From assembly GCA_944324705.1 (NCBI GenBank), contig CALUXI010000005.1, positions 7,288 to 71,287 on the forward strand: a stretch of 64,000 nucleotides of DNA. The letters are read 5' to 3'. Source of the DNA: an uncultured Acholeplasmatales bacterium (GTDB lineage Bacteria > Bacillota_I > Bacilli_A > Acholeplasmatales > Anaeroplasmataceae). Shown piece by piece: positions 8,316 to 17,465 of the stretch. Each line of letters begins with the position of its first letter. Positions within the stretch are counted from its first letter, which is position 1. Below the pieces are notes generated by a model, which searched no databases, was not told the origin of the DNA, and was given only the letters and a program-made list of their open reading frames with translations. The position numbers were made by a program, and so were the translations under genes.

Positions 8316-9152
8316 CTATACACAAATAGCTTCTATTTCAGTAGCAGTTAGTGCCATACTTTCATCTAAAATTTCAAATTCAGTTTGTTCTGCATCCAAC
8401 TTAAAAATAGCATCTGCACGAATATCACAAATGGGGTCATCACTAAAAATAATATAACTATTAGTAGCTGCTGCTAATTTTGCCGAACCTGCTTCCAATT
8501 CAATAAAAGCACCATCAACTTCTTTATCTAGCTTCTTATTTAAATCACTAGTATTTGCTTTACCATTTAATTTAGTATCAACTTCAGATTTAGTATAAGC
8601 TCCTACTTGACCAGCCGTAACGCCATGTGGATTTGATTTATTATTGGTATGCGATGTTAAAGCTGATGTGTCTGCTTTGCCATTGACAATATTTTCTAAA
8701 CTTGTCATACCAGTTTCTAATCTATTAACATCAGCCGTTAATTGAGCTCCCAAAGCACCATCAAACGCTTGACCAGGTTGACCACCTATCGTTATTGATT
8801 TGCTAATTAAAACAAACGCAGTTCCACTCCAACGATATGTATTCATATCCGATAAATCTACATAAATTTTGCTTCCTTCGCCGTTAATTACTGTTGTGTG
8901 AGCTTCTTCTTTATAAAATTTTCCATTATATAAATAACCTTCAACTACATCATCTACATAACTAGGTAATTGTGAACTTGGAACTTGACCATTGCCATCT
9001 AATGATGCTAAACCATTCGCTACCCCTTTTGTAGCCTTAAAATTAGTCAACTCAGTTTGAACAGCGCTAACTTCTGTTTTTCGTGCAAATAACGTTGTAA
9101 TTTTATTCCAAACTGTAGTAAGTCCAGTATAATCTAAAAATTTTTTTGCCAT
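8316..9152 (-). CDS. tail fibre / receptor-binding protein (paralog 1)
   Basis: N-terminus MAKKFLDYTGLTTVWNKIT, followed by a Gly/Ala/Thr-rich fibre-like sequence. Confidence 0.55.
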   Translation of the reverse strand: MAKKFLDYTGLTTVWNKITTLFARKTEVSAVQTELTNFKATKGVANGLASLDGNGQVPSSQLPSYVDDVVEGYLYNGKFYKEEAHTTVINGEGSKIYVDLSDMNTYRWSGTAFVLISKSITIGGQPGQAFDGALGAQLTADVNRLETGMTSLENIVNGKADTSALTSHTNNKSNPHGVTAGQVGAYTKSEVDTKLNGKANTSDLNKKLDKEVDGAFIELEAGSAKLAAATNSYIIFSDDPICDIRADAIFKLDAEQTEFEILDESMALTATEIEAICV

Positions 9153-9166
9153 ATTATTAAAACCTC

Positions 9167-9913
9167 CTATTTTACGACTAATAAACTTTCTAAATCAGTA
9201 TCTGTAATGACCATAGAATCATCAACCATTTCTTTCAATGTACTATTGCTATATTTAACTATGCTATCACCAATTAGCCTAATTTCCGAACCATTCGTTT
9301 CACTTAATTGAATAGCCGTTCCCTTATTTCTTAATCTAACAAATCCACTAGTTAGTTGTAATAATGACGTATTGTCTTGATTTAAAGTTATATACGTATC
9401 TTTATTAAAAATCTTATTTTTACCATTAGGACTTTCAACATTGACTTTTGCGTCCCAAATTACTTTATATTTATCTAATTGTTGTTGCAGTAAATATAGT
9501 TGTTCAGTAATATTTTGAACAGCGTCCTCGCCACCTATTAAAATAACATCATCAACAACAACAGCATCGTAAACATTAGCAAAAACTTCAACAACATTTT
9601 TCTCTTCTACAACTTCACCGCTTTCGTTTGTTAAATTAATAGTGAATGTTACTTGTAAAACTCCATCAACTGCTAACAAATTATCAGTCAAAATCCACTC
9701 AAATGACCTATAAGTATCATCAACTGTTTGATTTTGACAAATATAAGGTCCCCATTTTCTTCCATCACGCCTTAAGAAATTAGCCGTTGGATAATAATTA
9801 GTGCATTCAATTGGTATCTTCAAAATTAAGCTATCGTAATTATCAGAACCTTTAACAATATTTTCATCTGTTGTTTTAACAATTGAAAACTTATTATCTA
9901 ATACGATATCCAT
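9167..9913 (-). CDS. baseplate/tail-associated structural protein
   Basis: 248 aa. Called from its position between the large tail protein and the fibre genes. Confidence 0.35.
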   Translation of the reverse strand: MDIVLDNKFSIVKTTDENIVKGSDNYDSLILKIPIECTNYYPTANFLRRDGRKWGPYICQNQTVDDTYRSFEWILTDNLLAVDGVLQVTFTINLTNESGEVVEEKNVVEVFANVYDAVVVDDVILIGGEDAVQNITEQLYLLQQQLDKYKVIWDAKVNVESPNGKNKIFNKDTYITLNQDNTSLLQLTSGFVRLRNKGTAIQLSETNGSEIRLIGDSIVKYSNSTLKEMVDDSMVITDTDLESLLVVK

Positions 9914-9972
9914 TCTATCACTCCTTTCAAGTGATTTTTTGCAAAAATAAAAGAGGTTTTTAGCCTCTTAAA

Positions 9973-10275
9973 TTAGTTATTTTTTTTAATTCTAGTATTA
10001 GCTTGTTCTATTTCTTTGTTTATTTCATCAATAGTTAAACTCTTAATATAATTATATTCTTTTAATTTCTTAATTTCATAAGTATTATCATCTATTTGGA
10101 AACATACCAACCCAATAAATAAAATAAATATCAAAGCTAATAAACAAGCTAAAAAGTTAGATAAACCTAATAAACTAAAATTACAAATTATTACAATTAA
10201 AAAAATAATTACTATTGCTATTGTAGCAATACCTAGTATCAAACTCAAAGTTATACTTCTATTAAATCTTTGCAT
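9973..10275 (-). CDS. small membrane protein (2-3 TM, charged C-terminus), holin-like
   Basis: 100 aa. The N-terminal 60 aa are hydrophobic and the C-terminal tail is Lys/Glu-rich. Confidence 0.35.
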   Translation of the reverse strand: MQRFNRSITLSLILGIATIAIVIIFLIVIICNFSLLGLSNFLACLLALIFILFIGLVCFQIDDNTYEIKKLKEYNYIKSLTIDEINKEIEQANTRIKKNN

Positions 10276-10286
10276 TTTCTTTCTCC

Positions 10287-13142
10287 TTAATCAATTTCAG
10301 TTATATATATTTCGCCATCATCATATGTTTGTAAATTTACCGTATTAAAAGAATATTTATAGACTTTTTCTGCCACAGCTACCTTGTTTGAACTGCCACC
10401 AACATTCATATATGTTATGCCACTAGGTCCGGCAATTTGTAATGTTAATGAAGTAATGTTATTTAATCTTACAAAATCATTATCGTTGTTTAAAATTACA
10501 GATTCTGTTTCATTGTTTGAATTTGTATATATTACTGCCACTCCATAACTAGAGCTTTCAACAACTTCATTTATATAATTAATTCTAAAGCTATATAAAT
10601 CTAATACTGGTGTATCCGTATCAATTTCTTCAATATAAATATTAGAATTTTTATTAATTGTTATAGCCTCTAAATCATTAGGATATTTCGCTGATATTAT
10701 ATCATGTCCTCCTAGCGTATAACCCACATTTACTTTATGATCTGCACCCATAATAGCAACCCTAAAAGCATTTATATTTTTCATAGTAATACTTTCAACA
10801 TCATTGTTTAAACTTTGACTACTTACCAAATTTAAAAGGTCGTAACCTAAGATACGAACACCATGAGGTGATATTAATTTTGAACTATAATTAAATGTTA
10901 CAGTAAATTTAGTTTGCGGAGTATCATCTATTTCATTGCTATCTAGCTTACATACAAAAATCAGTCTTTCTCTTGCATCTTTGTATAACTTAACTTTATG
11001 TGAGCCATTGAAAGATAGAGAAATCATATTAGCATCATATTTTGGCATTTTTTTAGATAAATCTAAACTTAAATTTGACTTTATATCACACAATGAAACA
11101 GTGTATTCAACTTGTTCATTATCATCATTAGCATATGGGATATCTTTGTTTTCAGTATATCCATCTTTTAAATTACTGTTTTTGTAATTTTGTTTGTCAA
11201 AACAATAATTATCGGTTGCCTCAACAACAAAGTATCTATTTTTTCCCTTTTCTAAATAAACACCTTGTTTAATTAAGTCAAAATTAGAACCCGTTATATG
11301 TATAGCATTATATTTTAATGTCCTATCAAAATAGCCACAATAAACAATTCTATCAACTATATTATTTAATGGTAATCTTGTGCTCTCATATTGAGTTTTA
11401 ACTCCGAATACTTCAGCAATTTTATTATATTCTTTAACTAAATTAATAACGCTCGTATATTGATCAAGTAATATAGTCGTTTGAACACTTGATACATAAT
11501 AGGGTTTATTTTTAATATTAATTAAATCTCTAGGTTTAGGATATTTATTTCCATAATAATTTATAGATACTTCTGGAAGCCCCATCATATTATTATTTTT
11601 ATTAATACTATCAACTAATAAATCAAAATCAGACATTGAATCAGCTAGTTGAAAGCTCCTAGATACTAATTTATTACTTTCTTCATTAAATGATTTTTTA
11701 TCATTATTACTTAATAAATATGTTGATGTTATAGGCGTATATTCAACATTAAAAACATAATTCATAGGGTTATAATCTTTAAACCCTACAAAACTTATAT
11801 AACTTAAAACTGTTGTTCCATACCTATCATCTTCTTGAGCTGTTTCATCTACTAACTTTCCATTTAAGGCATAACTTAAAAAAGGATTTACTGTCATATT
11901 TAAAGAATGCCCCCACCAATCATCTGCATAAAATTCATACATTCCATATATCTTATTATCATTATGAATATAATAACAATATTTAGGTTTTTCTTGTGCA
12001 GTTAATAAATCATATTGTGATTTTTCTAAAACTTGCTCAGAGATATCAATATTTTTAACATCAACTTCAGTGTCTGGACTATCGGCGAGTGTAAATTGAC
12101 TTCCAGCAATACTAAGGGTTGCTCTTGTTGCGCCCGGAGCTGAAGAACCAGTAAGCATATAAACAACGGCATTATAATACGTTTCATCAGTAAACATATC
12201 TTTAAAATCCGTGAGATATTTGGTTTGTCCTTTATATTCATTTACTTTTTCCGCATCAACGTGTAAGCTAAAACCGGTTACAGATTTTTTACCAATAGCA
12301 ACGCCACTGGTTCTGAATTTAGTTATTTTTTCAATTTTAGTAGGCAAAACTAATATTTGATTATCAGCACTTATAACATATGATTCGCTTCTAACACTTA
12401 AGCTATAAACAGCACTTGTGGTGCTTCTATCTACTACATCATTAACTTCACTTTCTAAAACTGCCGTGTATTCATCTACATTTTGATTATATTGTCTTGT
12501 TAAGACTTTATTTTCATCAATTGTAAACCTATTATTATAATCTAATAAGTCCCAATTCACTGTTAAATTTAAAACTTCATTTTCTATAATGGTTGCTGTA
12601 GTTAATCTAGGTATAGCGTTACAAGTCTTGCCGATTTCTAATAATGCTTGAAATAAAGTAGTTCCACTACCAAACATAAACTCACGTTCTAGATCCCACC
12701 GGCTGTCATTAAATGCATCATCTTCAAATTTAAATGTATTAGCTTTATCACCAAAAATTAAACTATATTTATTATTAATAAAATCAACTAGAGCTTTGCA
12801 TTTGTCTTCATTTGTAGGGTACATCGTACCAGTGTTTGACATTGCTTTAGTCCCTACAATATAGCATTGCAAATAATAAGTTAATTCAATTAGTGTTACA
12901 TTATGATTATATTCTTTGGGATTGCTAGGGATTACCTCGTTGCACTCACTAGAGCATAGCCAATATTCACCATCGATATTACATAATGTTAAGGGTGGGA
13001 TGTTATAGTCAATTTCTTTACTTACAAAAGTAAAAGCGCCACTATCAAGCACTTCATCGACACGCCTATCAATAGTTATTGCTCCGACTATATAATTGCT
13101 TACATCAACCCAGCTATTATTTAATCTAATTTCTACTTGCAT
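10287..13142 (-). CDS. large virion tail protein (951 aa)
   Basis: Called from size and position. The N-terminus resembles distal-tail (Dit-like) proteins by eye. Confidence 0.45.
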   Translation of the reverse strand: MQVEIRLNNSWVDVSNYIVGAITIDRRVDEVLDSGAFTFVSKEIDYNIPPLTLCNIDGEYWLCSSECNEVIPSNPKEYNHNVTLIELTYYLQCYIVGTKAMSNTGTMYPTNEDKCKALVDFINNKYSLIFGDKANTFKFEDDAFNDSRWDLEREFMFGSGTTLFQALLEIGKTCNAIPRLTTATIIENEVLNLTVNWDLLDYNNRFTIDENKVLTRQYNQNVDEYTAVLESEVNDVVDRSTTSAVYSLSVRSESYVISADNQILVLPTKIEKITKFRTSGVAIGKKSVTGFSLHVDAEKVNEYKGQTKYLTDFKDMFTDETYYNAVVYMLTGSSAPGATRATLSIAGSQFTLADSPDTEVDVKNIDISEQVLEKSQYDLLTAQEKPKYCYYIHNDNKIYGMYEFYADDWWGHSLNMTVNPFLSYALNGKLVDETAQEDDRYGTTVLSYISFVGFKDYNPMNYVFNVEYTPITSTYLLSNNDKKSFNEESNKLVSRSFQLADSMSDFDLLVDSINKNNNMMGLPEVSINYYGNKYPKPRDLINIKNKPYYVSSVQTTILLDQYTSVINLVKEYNKIAEVFGVKTQYESTRLPLNNIVDRIVYCGYFDRTLKYNAIHITGSNFDLIKQGVYLEKGKNRYFVVEATDNYCFDKQNYKNSNLKDGYTENKDIPYANDDNEQVEYTVSLCDIKSNLSLDLSKKMPKYDANMISLSFNGSHKVKLYKDARERLIFVCKLDSNEIDDTPQTKFTVTFNYSSKLISPHGVRILGYDLLNLVSSQSLNNDVESITMKNINAFRVAIMGADHKVNVGYTLGGHDIISAKYPNDLEAITINKNSNIYIEEIDTDTPVLDLYSFRINYINEVVESSSYGVAVIYTNSNNETESVILNNDNDFVRLNNITSLTLQIAGPSGITYMNVGGSSNKVAVAEKVYKYSFNTVNLQTYDDGEIYITEID

Positions 13143-13596
13143 AATTAGTCCTCCTTGATACTACGGCGTTTTGATTACTATAACCAGCTCTTGCCCTTGC
13201 TTGACCTAATTCAACACTTTCTTGCCTACGCCTAAAGTTTTCATCAAGTGCGTATGTTATACCTTGTAATGCAACTTGACCTATTGCTAAATATGGATTA
13301 ACCATAAACATAGCTCCAAGTTGAATGCCTTGTTGTATATTGTTTACCATATTTTGATAATGACTATTACCGGTGTATTTACCTATGTTTGATGTCGCAT
13401 AATTGAACAGTCCTTGAGCTACCATTGAGGCTGTTGCTATACCACGCATTTGTAATATTGATTTTTTACCCTGTTCTGTTGAGGGTGAAGCATTATCCAT
13501 TGCTTGTTGAGGGGTGTTACTTTCAGTACCACCTTCAGTACTAGAGTTTGTATCATGAATATATAAATCAATTCTAGCATTATCTGCACTTGCCAT
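13126..13596 (-). CDS. Gly/Ala-rich hydrophobic virion protein (short tape-measure-like or internal protein)
   Basis: 156 aa. Called from composition and its position upstream of the large tail protein. Confidence 0.3.
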   Translation of the reverse strand: MASADNARIDLYIHDTNSSTEGGTESNTPQQAMDNASPSTEQGKKSILQMRGIATASMVAQGLFNYATSNIGKYTGNSHYQNMVNNIQQGIQLGAMFMVNPYLAIGQVALQGITYALDENFRRRQESVELGQARARAGYSNQNAVVSRRTNYASRN

Positions 13597-13598
13597 AT

Positions 13599-14420
13599 TT
13601 ACACACTTTCTACAAATGATATTCTAATCTTAACAACATCGCCTGTTATATCAACAAGTGTAAATTCACCTATCACGCACGTTCTACTAAAATTAAGACC
13701 ACCAATTTTATAAGTGATTGAATATGAACTATTTAACTGCCAATCAGCAATTATTTTTTTATGTAATGAACTATTTTTATTATAAATAAAATCTACTATT
13801 AAAGCATATTGAAGTCCATTATTTTGATTTTTGAATATTCCATCTTTAAATACTAAGCCATTAAATTGCTTATGTGATTGAAGAGTTACGTCTACAACAC
13901 AATCTAAAATCTCATTATTAATTGTGAGTGAACGTTCATTGCCAAATAAAAAATTTTCATAAATTACTGCACTAAATTGGATTGTTATTAATTCATAATA
14001 AACTCCGTCAATCGGATTTGATAACTTTGACCATGTGACTATAGATGTTCCTGTAGTAAAAAATGTAGTATCTTCTAACTCTATAGTTTGATTATTAAAG
14101 TTATTTAAAAAGTTATCGATTAGATTTTCTGCAAGTACTAAATCTTGTAAATTTAGTGGAATAATAATATTAATGTTATATACATCAGTTCTATTATTTG
14201 TTGTACTAGTTCCTTGCTGTAATTGAATAGTATTAGGCGTTGTTGATACTAAATTAACCACGCCATGAATCATATCATCATAAATAAGATTATTTGGATT
14301 AAATGCTTCGTTATTATTCAAAAATTTAATATCAAATAGGTTATTATCATTATTCAAGGTATCTTCGATTAATTCCGTTAATTTATTATAATTCATTCGT
14401 ACTACCACTACTTTCTGCAT
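13599..14420 (-). CDS. tail structural protein (273 aa); start uncertain (14396 possible)
   Basis: Called from its position after the head-tail joining genes. Confidence 0.35.
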   Translation of the reverse strand: MQKVVVVRMNYNKLTELIEDTLNNDNNLFDIKFLNNNEAFNPNNLIYDDMIHGVVNLVSTTPNTIQLQQGTSTTNNRTDVYNINIIIPLNLQDLVLAENLIDNFLNNFNNQTIELEDTTFFTTGTSIVTWSKLSNPIDGVYYELITIQFSAVIYENFLFGNERSLTINNEILDCVVDVTLQSHKQFNGLVFKDGIFKNQNNGLQYALIVDFIYNKNSSLHKKIIADWQLNSSYSITYKIGGLNFSRTCVIGEFTLVDITGDVVKIRISFVESV

Positions 14421-14697
14421 ATTGTTTTATTTCGTCGTTATATTTGCTAAACCATTCATTAATAGCTCTTGTTACCCATCCTTTGCTAGTTCTATTTTTT
14501 AAGTGGGTATATTTAGCATAACTTTCTGTAGCTACATAACCGCCAGTAGCTGGGTAGCCTATTTGTACTAAATATAGTCCTGGCTTAACATTTACTATCC
14601 CTTGTACACCATTATCACGTAGATTACCAGTTCTAACTGGAGCGTGTTGTTTTAAAATCGGTATAAGTTTTGCCACTAATTCGCTATTCAATAACAT
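14386..14697 (-). CDS. HK97 gp10-like head-tail joining protein
   Basis: APVRTGNLRDN motif, small size, and position. Confidence 0.5.
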   Translation of the reverse strand: MLLNSELVAKLIPILKQHAPVRTGNLRDNGVQGIVNVKPGLYLVQIGYPATGGYVATESYAKYTHLKNRTSKGWVTRAINEWFSKYNDEIKQYAESSGSTNEL

Positions 14698-14699
14698 AA

Positions 14700-15029
14700 T
14701 TATTCCAAATAGATATCACTTGCACCAGTGAAGTTATCAGTATCTTTTCTACGTTTAAATTCTAGCGGGTTATCATAATTATTTAAAACAGAAACAACGA
14801 CGAATTTTTTGTCAAACAACGGTGTTTTTACTACATCACCAGTAGCTACTTGGCACCAACCATTAGCCCGTATAACTAAATGTACTTTTTCTCTTGGTAA
14901 TCCTGTTATAATTTCAAAATAATTAAAATTAACATTATCTAAAACATTACCTCTAATTTTAGTCCCATTAGTTAGATTTTCACTAACCATATAATCATCT
15001 GAATAATCGTGAATAGTATTAATTCCCAT
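14700..15029 (-). CDS. head closure / head-tail adaptor protein
   Basis: Position and size; its stop is coupled to the next gene's start. Confidence 0.35.
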   Translation of the reverse strand: MGINTIHDYSDDYMVSENLTNGTKIRGNVLDNVNFNYFEIITGLPREKVHLVIRANGWCQVATGDVVKTPLFDKKFVVVSVLNNYDNPLEFKRRKDTDNFTGASDIYLE

Positions 15030-15433
15030 TAGTAAATCACATCCCTTACAATCCCAAAAGAATAAAGTGTTTTGATAGCTTCCTCGCTATGTTTTTTTCT
15101 AGTCGGGTCAATTTTACCTACCGCACTAAATCGCCCATTATCAATGAAAAAACGCATTTCATACATTTCAGCCCAATAGACACATTCGTAAATATCAGTT
15201 TCTATATTCTCTTCATTCGCTAAAAAATCATTTAATTTCTTAGTAAAAAATATACCCATTTTAGAAGTAATAAAATCAAATACGCTTTCGCAAGCTTCAT
15301 CTAACCAAGCTTCCACTGCATCTTTAGCACTACCAAAGCCACCAACAGTTACCATTGAAATCAAGTCATAACCAAAGTTTAGTTCTATATCTTTAGCTGT
15401 AATAAGCTTTGTATATAATTTTTTAGGGGTCAT
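15029..15433 (-). CDS. head-tail connector protein
   Basis: Lies directly downstream of the major capsid gene. Confidence 0.35.
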   Translation of the reverse strand: MTPKKLYTKLITAKDIELNFGYDLISMVTVGGFGSAKDAVEAWLDEACESVFDFITSKMGIFFTKKLNDFLANEENIETDIYECVYWAEMYEMRFFIDNGRFSAVGKIDPTRKKHSEEAIKTLYSFGIVRDVIY

Positions 15434-15516
15434 TGTTTACCTCCTTATTTTTTATTATAAGTAAAGGGGCAAAAAGCCCCTAAACTCATCTAAAATTTTT
15501 TTAAATATTAAGTACA

Positions 15517-16380
15517 TTATTCAGATGCTGTTTTAAATACATAAACGCCCTTAGCTCTATCTTCTAACACAAATAAATCATGCACTAAACGGCGATTAAT
15601 TAAAATGCCATCGAAATCTTCTGGATCTTCAATTAATTTAGAATAAGAACGTTTAATGCCAGCGATAACTGCTAATGGTTGAACTAAAATAGCAAGTGTA
15701 GATGCAGGCATTCTTGATGTAGGCACTTGAATAATTTTAGTAACATCATCAAGCATAACAATATTACGATTTATATTACCATCATTTTGATTAACATTAA
15801 CAGTTCTACGAACGTTATCATTTTGTTTTAATGCAGAATAGAATGATGGAGTGCAATATAAAATTGTACCAGATACTGGTAATTCGTTATCAGTTAAAGT
15901 CTCAACTGCTTTATCGTAAGCTTTAAGTAAATCATCAGTTCCTAAAGTGATTTCAACTGAAGTAACGCCACTAGCTGAAGCCAATTTATTTAAACGATAT
16001 TTATCAAGTGTAGGTATTTCCATTTGTCTTACTTGATTATTAATAATCATAATTGAAGTTAAATGTCCATCTTCTAAGTCTAATCTATCAACGCCAATTT
16101 GATAGCCTTTGTTCTGAGATACAGTTACTTCTTTACGATCATAATCAACATTAACTCTAGTGTAACCACCAGTTTTAGAATAATCAGGTAAATCAGTAGT
16201 ATTCTTAGGGAATACTGGGTAGCTCATAGTAGATGCACCGACAAATTGTACAAATGGTGTATCTAAATCACCTGTTAATAATCCAGCACGTAATACCCCA
16301 TACAAGTTATTAGGGTCATCAACATAATTTTTAACATTGTCAATTGTGTTTGCTAAAGCAATATTTTCTGTAGTTGCCAT
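15517..16380 (-). CDS. major capsid protein (putative)
   Basis: 287 aa, directly after the scaffold-like gene, with a strong RBS. Confidence 0.55.
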   Translation of the reverse strand: MATTENIALANTIDNVKNYVDDPNNLYGVLRAGLLTGDLDTPFVQFVGASTMSYPVFPKNTTDLPDYSKTGGYTRVNVDYDRKEVTVSQNKGYQIGVDRLDLEDGHLTSIMIINNQVRQMEIPTLDKYRLNKLASASGVTSVEITLGTDDLLKAYDKAVETLTDNELPVSGTILYCTPSFYSALKQNDNVRRTVNVNQNDGNINRNIVMLDDVTKIIQVPTSRMPASTLAILVQPLAVIAGIKRSYSKLIEDPEDFDGILINRRLVHDLFVLEDRAKGVYVFKTASE

Positions 16381-16411
16381 AAATTAAATTTTCCTTCCTT
16401 TTTTATAATTT

Positions 16412-16933
16412 TTAAAGTTTTCTAAGGTCTTCATTGGTAAGCTCATCCACTTTTTTACCATTATAAGCCTCTATTTTAGGTGCTCCTTTTGGCTTATAAT
16501 CTTTTTCAACAACACTGAATAAGTCGTTATACTTTTCTTTAATGTCATTAAAATAAGCAGTTTCAAACTCTTTTTTGTCTTTATCGAACTTAGACCAATC
16601 TAGTCTATCAACAAGTAGTTCTGGATGCTTACAATTAAAACCTTTTAAGTAACCTATTTTGTTATTAGCTTCGGTTTCATTAACTAACTTTTGATACTTT
16701 TCTTTTAAATCATTGTAGTTAGTTAGTTCATCGATATAGTCGTTATTAGTTTTTTCAAGCTCAGTATATTTGTTTTTTAAAGTTTCATATTCTGCTTTAG
16801 CAACATATTTACTAGCTGTATCTTCTTTTAACAACTCGATATCATTGCCGTTTTCATTCATTATTTTGTTTAGCTTTTCATCAACCGATAAATTAGCATC
16901 ATCCAAAATAGATTTAATTACATCTCTTTTCAT
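16412..16933 (-). CDS. capsid scaffolding protein (putative)
   Basis: 173 aa, acidic and coiled-coil-rich, upstream of the capsid gene. Confidence 0.5.
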   Translation of the reverse strand: MKRDVIKSILDDANLSVDEKLNKIMNENGNDIELLKEDTASKYVAKAEYETLKNKYTELEKTNNDYIDELTNYNDLKEKYQKLVNETEANNKIGYLKGFNCKHPELLVDRLDWSKFDKDKKEFETAYFNDIKEKYNDLFSVVEKDYKPKGAPKIEAYNGKKVDELTNEDLRKL

Positions 16934-17083
16934 TTTTTCCTCCTACGCTAGTTTTTACGGGTCTAGCTCCCTAGATTTCAAAATGGCTGTTTCCTTTCTT
17001 TTACGTTGTAAGAACAGCTTATCAACAATGTTGTCGTTTTTACGTTTCAGCAACCTTCAACAAGTATAAAAAAAGATGTTAAA

Positions 17084-17110
17084 CTTATAACACCTTGTTT
17101 TACCCGTCAA
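17084..17110 (-). promoter_or_regulatory. internal promoter ahead of the scaffold/capsid genes
   Basis: On the minus strand: TTGACG (17105-17110), 15-nt spacer, TGTTATAAG extended -10. The GTGTTATAA core is identical to the late promoter at 25490-25498. Confidence 0.35.
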
Positions 17111-17355
17111 ATTTTGATTTTAAGCAATGTTTTAACTTAATTAGTATAATTAATCATTTACTAAAATTTAAACAAAACAAGCCCAATTATTAAGCCTATA
17201 ACTAAACCAACAATAAAGGCTATACTAGCTAAATACAATTTATTTACAAAATCATCATTTATTTTTAACACCCCACTATTTATGATTTTCTACAACACTT
17301 ATTTTTTTACTCCTTTACAAAATTTAATTTATAGTTTAAAATAAAGTTAGATAAA

Positions 17356-17460
17356 GATATGATTTGAGGTAGACAAATGCCGCCGTCTACGCTAGTTTGA
17401 GATGCTGGGACGATTATGGGCGTTAAGTCACATAACACGGCGGTCCAGCCAAATCATATC
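17356..17460 (-). ncRNA. ~105-nt GC-enriched structured element immediately after the MuF gene
   Basis: 11-bp closing stem GATATGATTTG/CAAATCATATC. Internal hairpins GCTGGAC/GTCCCAGC and GTAGAC/GTCTAC. CCGCC/GGCGG pseudoknot potential. Confidence 0.35.
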
Positions 17461-17465
17461 TTTTT

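Noticed and set aside
10936-11187. 83-aa plus-strand ORF (and the nested 12026-12241 minus-strand ORF)
   Set aside because: Both lie inside the 951-aa tail gene, antisense or out of frame; no RBS.
16770-17069. 99-aa plus-strand ORF
   Set aside because: Antisense to the scaffold gene, running into the non-coding gap; Ser/Leu/Phe-rich antisense artefact.
16934-17465. Group I/II intron or intein-like insertion between MuF and the scaffold gene
   Set aside because: Both flanking genes have complete ends (proper stop, RBS and start). No split ORF and no intron core motifs recognisable by eye. Kept only as an unexplained structured gap.
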